Part shown: positions 10,101 to 20,000 of the stretch, piece after piece | How positions within the stretch are numbered: the stretch's first letter is position 1 | Layout: the number at the start of each line of letters is the position of its first letter | Assembly (NCBI GenBank): GCA_002245135.1 | Contig: NGBS01000327.1 | Location: 51,283 to 71,282 of the forward strand | Source: Proteromonas lacertae | Lineage: Eukaryota | Direction of reading: 5' to 3' | Length of the DNA stretch: 20,000 bases | Program-made: the position numbers and the translations under genes | Notes under the pieces: generated by a model | Database searches by the model: none | Seen by the model: the letters and a program-made list of their open reading frames with translations, nothing else | Told to the model about the DNA's origin: nothing

Positions 10101-11938
10101 TATTATCAGTGAATATAACTTGAACATTATAAACATATTCTTCTTCACTATTTACTATCAAATTATTACCTGAAAATGTCAAACCATCAATACCTTCAGT
10201 TGTTGATTTTATAGCTTTATCTAATGTTATAGATGCTTCAACTCCAGGCTTTGAATTGAGTTTTGTTGATGCAATACATCCATGATTAACTTCAATATCC
10301 CATTCACCATTTATATTACACATTCTTGTTTTATAACCACCATCTGGACATGTTAAATATGATTTACCTCCTACATATACTGAATCATAACCTTTTGATG
10401 CTGAACATATTGGAATTGTATTTTTTTGTAAGGTAAACAACCTATATTGAATATAATGACCCCAACCATTATTATATGCCACATTATCTATAACAGAAAA
10501 TTTATAACTTTCATAGGCTTTTTTCACATTTTTCAATGAAAATGTTTTAATTTCAGAACAGCCTATAGTTAGTTGCAAACCTAAATTAGTGTTTGAATAT
10601 ATTTCTTCCCAGATTGGATGATCTTTATCTGTTGCACCATATATTTTTATATTTTTTGGACTTGTATCACCATTATTACTACATCCACTTATTTTAAATT
10701 CATTGAAATAAAATGCATTATAACCTTTGAATTTGTATACAATACTAAATGGAAGCCAGAATGCTTTATTCTTTGGATGTGCATTATCCTGTAATGTAAT
10801 TGCACTATAATCACCTGCTGCTCCTAATGTAAATACTTTATCCACATTCCTCACTTCTCCTTCATATCCACTACTAGTATAACCCTTAACATCACTTGTA
10901 TCAACTGTTGCTGTTGTAGTTATAATTTGAGAAGATGTAATTTTAGCCATTTCTTCTAATGTCACTGATAATGGATCACTTCCTACAGAATCTAATTTAT
11001 GAATCTCAATTGCTATAACATTCTCTCCATTTCTGAGTGAAGGAAGAGGAATCCAAATAATTTCTTCAGTAGCTGCTGCAAATGGAACTATTGCATTACC
11101 ATTAAAATTTCTTTTGAAGATTTCATTTCCATTTATGTAGATTATTATACCATCTTTGTAAGTAATTGTTAATTTTGGTGGACCACTATTATTTATGTCA
11201 GTAATAGTAAACACATTTCTATAATATCTTATTTGTGAGGTAAAGTCTAGGAAAGAATCAGATTTGATCCACTCATTGTCATTTTCATCATAATCTTCCT
11301 TCCACGAAGTTAATACAGGTAAATCATTTCTATATTGCCATTGTACAGCTAATAAATGTCTAATAACATCTGTATCAACCAACTTTACTCCATTTCTAGA
11401 AAAAAAGACTTTTACTACTTCATTCAATTGTATTTCATCTAAATCAATTTTAATGCCTTTAGAATTGCCTATTTGAAAGAATAAATCACCTAATTTAGTA
11501 TAATCAGAATCTAAGCTTTCTAACTTTAGCTCATACACACTAGGTATAACACAAACTGCAGTTATCCCAGAACCATCTTTTGATCCTTGTGAAAACAATT
11601 GTAGGAGGTTTATTTTTTGGTTTTCATTGTAGAGAGAAATGGATGTTACTTTGTTATTCTTATCAGTATTTACCTCTTGGTCAGTGTTTCTAACATACCC
11701 TTCTATTTTTATTACCAATCTTACTTGATTATCAATACATGCTGAGTGATGAAAAGAGTTAAAAGCACGTAAAAAAGGTTTTTCAGGCGAATTAGAGATG
11801 ATGTCTAAATGATCTAAAAGCTCACCACCAATATTTTCTTCATTTTCACCAATCTTTGGTAAAGAAGAGTCAGCCAGATATAAGCTAATAGCGACTATAA
11901 AAAATAAAAGAAATATGTTGTATACAAATTAATATCAT
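4133..11938 (-). CDS. Giant (~2,600 aa) intronless type-I membrane surface protein, adhesin/lectin-like: signal peptide, galactose-binding-like, F5/8-discoidin-like, Cys-rich, 2x PA14, putative-Ig (He_PIG) repeats, PT-rich stalk, TM, acidic tail
   Basis: The 2020-aa ORF frame extends upstream to 11928 with a hydrophobic leader (FVYNIFLLFFIVAISLYLA); an ATG at 11938 is just out of frame. One missing A near 5923 (gaaatcc vs gaaaatcc) links it through the PT repeats to ORF 4133-5263. PA14: RIRGYLYIAEEGDYVLSGVSDD and DYRGYLNIESGGSYKMRL. He_PIG: LPFGILYDANTGRITG, LPIGLSFSNETGEVSG, LPKGMNFDKESGLIYGTPT. TM at 4808-4876 (GALIGIIVAAVVIVIIIVVGLML) followed by basic RSRK. Confidence 0.88.
4252..4280 (-). 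repeat. (TTTCAG)n hexamer microsatellite encoding ETETETETE in the cytoplasmic tail
   Basis: tttcag-tttcag-tttcag-tttcag-tttca on the + strand. Confidence 0.85.
5330..6095 (-). repeat. Coding minisatellite for a Pro/Thr mucin-like stalk (PTT 5-aa/15-nt units, with a higher-order 60-nt duplication)
   Basis: Units such as NPTTQ, TPTSI, PPTTI, KPTTI, SPTTE. Lines 5761-5820 and 5821-5880 are near-identical 60-nt copies. Confidence 0.9.
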
Positions 11939-12499
11939 AAAGATATTGTTGCACATCTTGAATAATAGTATATTCTAAAATTTTCGAGAACAATGTTTTT
12001 GTAACGACACGATAAGAATTTTCTAAGTGCTTTTTGTGACTTTAAATAGATTTTTCTCAATAACTATAAGGAATAAAATAGTAAAAATTTGTCAAACGAT
12101 GTATCATGCTTTGAGCTTTATCATAGTATACTTAGTTTCATAATTACCTCTTTCATGTCATTCGTCTGTTTTTGATATGTTACATTATAATTGAATAACA
12201 ACAAACATAAATAATAACATTGATATATTTTTATTTGATTTATATCATTTATTAGCTTTAAAAACTATAATACATCTCGAACTGTACTGATTTTAAATAC
12301 CACGTATTTGGCTAATAGGGACTGAAATATGTTAATAAATTTTATACGTAATCACTACCTATATACGATATGTATAGTATAGGAGTATTCCAGAAAGGAC
12401 GATATTAATTTTGACTAGGTAATTGAATGTAATCATGATATTATGTGATTTTTGATGTATGTGTGTGTAGTTAAATAGAGCCATATTGCTATTTTTGAC

Positions 12500-14068
12500 T
12501 AATTGCTTCTAATTAAGAAGATATCAAAATATTTTTCATATCAGCACTATATGCTGTATTATTATGTTAATCTGAATAGCTAAACCCCATAAATACACTG
12601 TATAACATATATTATAGATAAATTACTGAATCAATATTCTTCTCCCCTGGAATTCTGTTGCTATTCTAATAAAATAACTATTAAAATATAAAAATAACTA
12701 TAATACTTATATAATCATCTATAATATCTATAAACATAATAACAAATTAAAACATACCAGTATAGCTTAACATGCAAGTTGCTGATATTCTCTGCCTTTC
12801 ATCGATTAGTACAATGCTAAACAGCTATAATAAAATATAATATACTAAAATAGTTATACTTTTTCTAATTATAAAATATAATATATAAACTGGATGTTTC
12901 TACTGTTCTTCACCTGGAATTCTAATGCAATTCATCTAATGATAATATATAAATAAGAATATACTTTGAATTATTGAAATTATATTCAATACTCTACTAA
13001 CAATATATAAATAAGAATAATATACTAATATACTTATAAGAATATATTCATTTACCTATTATAAAATAATAAAAATAATACTGGATATACTAACTCAATA
13101 ATACCACTATATACAAATCCAAATGTTATTTTCATATAATGGAGTAAAAACTAATAGAGTAAATAATAGATCAAATACTTCTTAAATATAGGATTATCAT
13201 TAACTTGATTCAATAAATACAATGATTGAACTGTTTCTAAATCAATTAATCCAAGAATAACATCAGCTAAATACTCTTGAATTGGAGATGGTTTAGAAGC
13301 TTCCAAGTTTTTTAATTACTATGAATAAATAAAATAAAATCAGAATATTCGTATCATCATACTTAATTTTCGTGTTCTCATCGAATGAATTGTTGAACTT
13401 ACGATATATGTCTTTTCTACAGTTACTGTTTTGGCAACACCTGAAATCACACCAATTGTTGAATAAACATACCTAATAATTCATCCTAACAAAAATAATT
13501 ATAAAAAATATACTAATTCATCTTAGCTTCTTCATCATCAGACTTTACTATTTTATATTATAATAACAATTATACTTATTTGTATTTGTTGGATTAATCG
13601 TTGATGGTAAACTTGGTTTATATTCTAATTATCCTAGTCTGACACCTAATTTAGATAATAAAATATATGATAATTGCTATAATACCAATATGCTAAATTA
13701 ACAGAAATAGTTGAATTTCCTACTACTTATAACTCGAATAATATGTTGTACATCAAAAGTGCCAAATGTATTAACAAGGTAAAAGTTTGTATATGTAGTT
13801 GATGAGCTTTAGTAAGACAGACTAAATCAAAGATGATAGTTGTATTTTTTCTTCAAATGTTCTTAATTCTTCCCTTAGTTATAATATCTTTGATTTTTAA
13901 TTATTAGAACTATTATCTAATTAACATATATGATAATATTATACTTCCTTCAACAATTATAATCAATTCCTGCTCTTTGTATTGTTTTGTATATTTCTTA
14001 TCTGTAATAACAACACTTGTGCTGCCATTGTTATATTCTATATAAAATTATATACTATATATACTCAT
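12500..14068 (-). pseudogene. Intron-dense region without an intact reading frame (pseudogene, gene-fragment mosaic or spliced non-coding transcript)
   Basis: About 13 AT-rich 26-45 nt GT(AT)..TAG/CAG segments on the minus strand separate protein-like exon fragments (LEASKPSPIQEYLADVILGLIDLETVQSLYLLNQ, STIGVISGVAKTVTVEKTYIV, RIPGE twice). I could not splice them into a stop-free frame. Confidence 0.5.
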
Positions 14069-14867
14069 AACACAACAGAAGAAAAAAGAATTAAAGTGTA
14101 TTTCAAAAATTATATTCGTTTCAGTTTTTAAGTTTTGAGAAATTAAATGAATGTATAAGTTTAGATTATTTTTATTATAGTGAATAGATAATAATATATA
14201 GTGTACATGTCAATTTGATGTTTGATTCACATAAAGATGCTTAAAATAAATATCCAAGTAAAAATGTGAAGTGAAAGGCGGTTAAGAGAAAGTAAATATG
14301 CAAATTAATCTATTGGCTATATAAGTTATTGTCTAAAAATCAAATTTCAATAGATTCAAGGAATTATTTTATATGTGATTGTATTTATACTAATGTTACA
14401 ACAAATTACTATCATGTGAGTAGAATGAGTATAGTGAGTAATTTTTCGACTTGGTTATGCAAATTGTGAATATAGGAAGTGAAGAGAAGAGAGAATATGA
14501 TAAACCTAAGAGAATATTACAATCTTCCACATGTTTATACTATTAATTCAGTAGTAAATGTTCGAATTGGATTTGTTTCTTATTTAGGTTGGATATTACA
14601 ACAACTAAGATAACACCGAATATGTTATATGCAAAAGTATCATTAGCTAATGATTATTTGAATTAGTGTTATTATAAACTGATATACAGGTAAAATAAAA
14701 GCTTCCTATACATTTGATGTATGGTTTTTATAATAGAAACAGATAATGGTGACTAATACTCATCATCCATTATAAATGTAATAATAGATACCTAAGCCAC
14801 TGACTATTTGTCCAGGATGACTTAAGAATACTCTGTAGCAATATAACGGTTATTTCCCCCTTTGGCT

Positions 14868-14910
14868 TATTACTATTGCTATTACTATTACTATTATTAT
14901 TATTATTATA
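14868..14910 (+). repeat. (TATTAC)n/(TAT)n microsatellite
   Basis: tattac tattgc tattac tattac tattat tattat tatt. Confidence 0.8.
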
Positions 14911-14940
14911 TAGATATATATTATATTACTTTATAATGAA

Positions 14941-14985
14941 AAAATAAAAAAGAATAAAAAAGAATAAAAAAGAATAAAAGAGAAT
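14941..14985 (+). repeat. 10-bp tandem repeat (AGAATAAAAA) x ~4 just upstream of the transposase start
   Basis: aaaataaaaa agaataaaaa agaataaaaa agaataaaag agaat. Confidence 0.85.
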
Positions 14986-15003
14986 TAATATTTATATATA
15001 AAT

Positions 15004-18000
15004 ATGAAATTTTTAGACATTCTAGTTCAATTATACCCTAATATAATACATGATGATGTTTATTATAGTAATTCTTACAACGTGTTGGTAGTTGATGATA
15101 CTATTTATAATTTCAATGAAAATACTCAAAAATATTATGAAGTAGTTTTTTATGAAGAATTCACAAATATTGATGAATTAATTAATATATACAATAATAA
15201 GAAAGTAAATATATATTTTCAAACAGACAAACCATCCATCATCATTACATTGTTAAGATTTAATGTTATTATAATTTATAAAAATCAATTCATATCTACA
15301 AAAGTGGCCTCAATATTACTTAAGACAAAATTTAGATAATAAAAATGAAGATTTTCTTTTCTATAATAATGAAAAAGATGTAATAATGGATAAAGTTATT
15401 GATAACTTTCTATTTCTTGCTTTTATATATTTCAGTAAAGTAATTACTACAAATGTAGAAAGAATATACCATTGTTTTATAAGTTAATTGATTGTTATAA
15501 AGAATTAATAATAAATACAGAGATTTTGGAAAGTGTGTAAAATATGTATTTGATGTAATAGGAGAGTTGGATAGAGAAATTATAAAGAAAGCAAATGAAG
15601 AGGTTATAATAGAGAAATTATATTATCCTCAATTCTATAAAAGTTTTAATGTAATAAAGGGAAAAACAATCAATTATAATAAAAAAATGGTAAGTAGTAT
15701 TAATGATATAGATATATAAATAATAATTATTGTGTATTAGATTCTATCAATCCATTTTTATTCAAAAGAAATTATACTAGTAAAAAATCAGTGGAAGATA
15801 TGGAATATTTGGTTGGTAAATCAATTAGAATTGATTTTCCTTATTATTTAACAAATGTAATAATTGATAGAATATTGTCATATAATTATACAATACAAAG
15901 TAAAGGATATGTTACAAGATCAAGTAGAAACAATAAATCAGCTGTATTAGATTTTTTGAAAATTAAAGAAACAATTATGAAGAATATAGAAAAGGTAAGT
16001 ACATTATTCAATACTCTGTAGAAGATAAAGTTCATTATATTTCACTAGATGAAATAAATATTGATAGTGTAATGAATAGAGGAAAAAGAAAAAGAAGAGA
16101 AAAAGTAATTAATAGAGAAGATACACACAATAATAAAAGAATAGATGTTGATAATAATAATATAAGTAACGAATATGATGATATTGCAGCAGATGGTTAT
16201 GAAGATGAAACAGATAGTTCTGACAATGATGATAATACTAATGATGAAGATTATAATATTCTTAATAATATAACAAAGAATGACATTTCTAATAGAAATA
16301 ATAATGTATATGATGAAGATAGTAATGATGGAGATGAAATTGAATTAGAAATAATGACTGATGAAGAGGAAATAGCTGTAGATGAAAATGGAAGAGATGG
16401 TAATGATGATGGATATGTTGGTTTTCGTGATGATGATGAATGATAACGATGAAATATTAGATGATTCAGTATTATATGATGATAGAGATAGTGAATATGA
16501 AGGTAGAAATGGCGATAGTGATAAAGAAAAATTATCGGTATACTTATACTATTTCTTTCTGAAGAATTCTATATCTCAAGATAAAGTAAATAAGTTATTG
16601 AAACAATTAAACTCAATAGAAACAATAAAGAATTTACATTTAAAAGAAACATTCAAGCCTTTACGAGATTATGTTGAAAAGGTAGTAGGATTAAAAAAAC
16701 AGACAAAATAATTATATTACAATTGAAAGTGGGATTAGAAAAATGTTGAAGAAGAAAATAATTAAATTGATGATTCAATTAATAATAATAAAAGCAAATA
16801 TAAGAGCATTTATAGTAGTAACAATTACAAAAACATTTATAATTTAGATGTAAATAGAGAAAATTTCAGACATATTTTGTTACAGATCAGTAGTGATGGT
16901 GTTGAAATAAATCACTTTAGCTTTATTAAAAAAAGTGTAAATGTTTTATCATACAAAGTATTAAATAATTATAATGACAGTAAATTACTTCAAGTAATAA
17001 ATATAAGTGATAATGATGATAATATAAATGATATTACAAAATTAGTAGTTGATGAATTAAACAATATATTTATTAAAGGTATAGAGGTAGAAGGTGTCAA
17101 ATATAATATATATTTGGTAAGTATAGTAGGTGATATGATTGGAATAATAAAACTAATGAAATTACATAATTTCGTAGGTAGTAATAGTTTCTGTAGAACT
17201 TGCACAGCAACTACCAAAATCATTACTATTAATAAAATAATCAATAATGTTGTAGTTGAAGAAAAATTAAAAATAAAAGACTCAATGAGAGCTTATAGAA
17301 GAAGTATCAGAATTTATATCCTCAATTTTATCAATATAAAAGAAAAAAGACTATTCCATATATTTAATAACTATTCATATAGTAGATTTTTAAGAACTTT
17401 CAATAAAAAGCAACACAAAGAAGATATACAAAGCAGTTTTCGATCATTAATTTACTATGACATTAACTTAATAACTTTTGATGCGATGCATACAATAAAC
17501 AACTGTTTTAATAGGTTTTATGATCAAATGAAAGACAATATAATTAATTTATACAACAATAATCAATTTAAAATGGTTTATACTCAATCTTCATCATTTT
17601 ACAATCTTCAGCTAAATAAATTTACAAAGTATAACATGATAGAACAAAACCACTTCTTTTTATATATCCTACCTCTAATGATAATAAAATTAAGAAAAGA
17701 GAGTGAAATAATGATTTATGATGGATTATTCAACATCATAGATATAGTAAATAATGCATTAAACTATCAATTCAGTAATATCACTTTAAATAAGATGGAA
17801 GACATTTTAGTAACTAATTTAAATATTATGGAATTATATATATTCTTCACTCCATCCTGTCATGATTTGGTTCACTTAATTAAATATTTGTCTAATATAG
17901 GCCCGCTTATTCACCAGAGTACAAGTGTTTATGAAAGAAGTTATAAACAAATAAAAAACATCTCTATAAGTAATAATCATCAAAAACATCAATCTTAAAT

Positions 18001-18389
18001 ACAAATCATCAATTAACCAAATATATGTTTATAATTATAAATGAAAAAATGAAGATCAATAGAAAATATAATCTAGTTATTAATGATTCTAGATCAATAT
18101 CTGACCTTTTTAAACATTTCCATCTATTCATTATTATTCAATTATATCCTTCCATAGTGGAGAAAATATTCATTTTGGTATTATAAAGTCAATAAATAAT
18201 TCGCAAAATCCATTATAATGAATAAATGTTACAAAAATTACATTAACAATATACAAATATATAAGCATTACTACATTGGATAAAATTGTGATATAAATGA
18301 TATTATTATATTTAATAATATATTCAAATTCCAGTGATGTAGAATATTATATCTTTATTAGTGAAATAACATTCTATAAAGATTTGTAG
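15004..18389 (+). CDS. CACTA/En-Spm-like DDE transposase (~1,100 aa when reconstructed), fragmented by frameshifts; catalytic core 16877-17998
   Basis: Ordered CMC motifs: LQISSDG (D 16895), DELNNIFIKGI, SIVGDM (D 17132), FCRTC (17192-17203), FDAMH (17480-17491), TPSCHDLVH (17861), GPL...STSVYER (E 17933). The C-terminal part resembles ..SIISF...HFGIIKSI.. ORFs 15004, 15791, 16072, 16382 and 16877 can be joined by small indels plus one intron (15697-15740). The join to the N-terminal ORFs is less certain than the core call. Confidence 0.8.
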
Positions 18390-18468
18390 TTTAATCAATT
18401 AATATTCTAAATGTTTAATAATATTTGTTGTTAAATATATGATGAAATCAAATACATTTGTTGTATAA

Positions 18469-18940
18469 CGTTGGGAGATAAATGGATTTTAGATTGCGTT
18501 GAAGTTATAAACGTAATCTAAATCCCATAAATATTACAAAAATACACTTATATTTTATTGTTCTGGTTACTCAGTTATATATGTATCACTGCTTGTTTAT
18601 ACTTAATATTAAACATCTGTAGCAATAGTAGAAAACGAAATTAAGGCTAAAAATGATTAGAATTAGATAACTTTAATTTCTTTATACTTAATATTGAATT
18701 TGAATTATAGGCTTGAAAGAGGTTTGAACTCAATTTTATTTTTCCTTTTTTAATTACCTTAACATCTTTTTTTTCACATCTTATTCATCTCAGGTGATGA
18801 ATTTTTGTCTCCAGAAGCTTTAAATAAAATATATCGCAAATGTAGCTTATATACCAAAATAAGATTATATTTGAATATAACTCACTACCTAGCCCTCTAC
18901 TGTCATATTATTTTCTATAAAACCCATTTATCTCCCAACG
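18469..18940. repeat. 23-bp inverted repeat pair enclosing about 430 bp (MITE-like or TIR copies)
   Basis: cgttgggagataaatggatttta (18469-18491) versus the reverse complement of 18918-18940, cgttgggagataaatgggtttta: 22/23 identical. Confidence 0.8.
18482..18528 (+). other. Imperfect hairpin (19-bp stem, 9-nt loop) about 90 nt downstream of the transposase stop
   Basis: atggattttagattgcgtt (18482-18500) / aacgtaatctaaatcccat (18510-18528): 16/19 Watson-Crick pairs plus one G-T. Confidence 0.7.
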
Positions 18941-19215
18941 GCATAAATCTCCTAATGGCTTATAACAACATCGCATAATTCAATCAATTAAAATACTTCT
19001 CTTTACTGTCTTCTTCTCTTCTTGTCTTTTTCTAATACCTCTTCTTATTCCTCAACATTATCTAATCTATTTATTCCTAAATTATCATCTTTGAACTTCT
19101 TTATATCACTTTCGTATATTAACAATGTAATTATTTCATCATTTTCATCACACATTTCTTCTTTATAATTGTTTCTTAATCATCAATGTATAAATCATTT
19201 ACTTTTTCATTAAAT
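18830..19215 (-). pseudogene. Degenerate coding relic of unknown family
   Basis: The minus-strand frame reads NYKEEMCDENDEIITLLIYESDIKKFKDDNLGINRLDNVEE*EEVLEKDKKRRRQ*REVF*LIELCDVVISH*EIYAVGR*MGFIENN, with purine-rich codon bias but many TAA/TAG stops. Confidence 0.35.
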
Positions 19216-20000
19216 GTATATACACATGATACTATGAATATTATTCTATACAATTAGCAAATATATGCATGTTTATATACAAAAATAGTTAAAATAACTA
19301 ATTACAATCAAAATGATAATATTTTACACAAATAATAAAATTACATTAAAAGATGACAATTACATGTATTTTTACTTCTTTTACTTTTTTTATTTTCTCA
19401 TTTTTCTCTTCATATACTAATGAATATGTATTAATTTCTCTATCATGAATCAAATAAATAAATATTCAATCTGAAGTTATATGTAATATAGGTTGCTAAT
19501 CACTTTTTCTACTATATTACTTTGAAAGTGCATATAACGCAATATAAATTTTATAATTATACAATTAAACATTAGATATAACTATATAACAACTAATTAG
19601 AATAGATCCTCTAAATTTGAAATGTCATTTATATACAAGGAGATATTTTCTTAGCTTTACTCACATAGATTTACAATTTATATATTATCTTTAAGAATAA
19701 TTCGAGAATTCTAATAAGTCTTCGGTACAAAGTGATTGCCAGTGTTTGATAGTTTACTAATAGCAAGCGAATTTAGTTATGAAATATTACTTAATTTAGA
19801 AATATTGTTGGTTCTGTCGAGTTGGAATTTCTATTAAAAGTCTATCTAAAAAGTATTAAAATTTGATATTTTTAATTTATAGCTAAATACAAACTTCAAC
19901 ATGTAATTAATAGATGTGTAGAGTATTGGCTTTTTATTCAAACTTAAAGACAATTAAAAAACGAAAAGAAAATGGTGTTAAAGTCAAAATTCAACGAGCC

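Larger units (their letters stand above)
14860..18530 (+). mobile_element. CACTA/En-Spm (CMC-superfamily) DNA transposon; termini not defined
   Basis: Contains a CMC-type DDE transposase flanked by simple repeats on the left and a hairpin/inverted repeat on the right. No matching TIR pair or target-site duplication was found, so the boundaries are approximate. Confidence 0.65.

Noticed and set aside
12200..12207. TGTTTGTT on the minus strand (Blastocystis polyadenylation/stop-creating motif)
   Set aside because: One or two copies are expected by chance in 20 kb of this composition, and the well-supported genes here all have genome-encoded stops.
14798..14802. CACTG as the left terminus of the CACTA element
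   Set aside because: No matching inverted terminus with extended identity and a TSD was found downstream of the transposase.
15995..16021. Possible GTAAGT..TAG intron in the transposase gene
   Set aside because: Splicing it gives the wrong phase; one missing A at ~15990 gives continuous protein-like text (IEKGKYIIQYSVEDKVHY).
16990..17244. 84-aa minus-strand ORF
   Set aside because: Antisense shadow of the transposase core.
1..20000. Genome-wide TAA/TAG-to-Gln genetic code
   Set aside because: Long genes contain no in-frame TAA/TAG, use CAA/CAG for Gln and end in TAA (964, 2345, 4133).
19250..20000. Possible coding fragments at the right end of the window
   Set aside because: Only short frames with no recognisable motif or consistent splice pattern.

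Overview
Very AT-rich eukaryotic (protist-like) genomic DNA with tiny GT-AG introns (about 30-46 nt). The intron size, compact gene spacing and giant PA14/putative-Ig surface protein suggest a Blastocystis/Proteromonas-like stramenopile, which is inference only. Left to right: (1) the 3' part of a FAM98-family gene that appears to be fused to four CCCH zinc fingers; (2-3) two divergent tandem paralogues with shared intron positions and a possible degenerate EF-hand fold; (4) an intronless ~2,600-aa type-I membrane protein on the minus strand (signal peptide, galactose-binding-like, discoidin-like, Cys-rich, 2x PA14, several putative-Ig domains, Pro/Thr mucin stalk, TM helix, acidic/Ser-rich tail), split in the ORF track by homopolymer frameshifts; (5) a 1.5-kb minus-strand stretch packed with intron-like segments but with no intact ORF; (6) a CACTA/En-Spm (CMC-superfamily) DDE transposase gene with a long unannotated N-terminal extension, broken by about a dozen frameshifts that mostly fall in homopolymer runs, followed by a hairpin, a 23-bp inverted repeat and a stop-riddled relic ORF. 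Most frameshifts look like uncorrected long-read errors rather than real decay.
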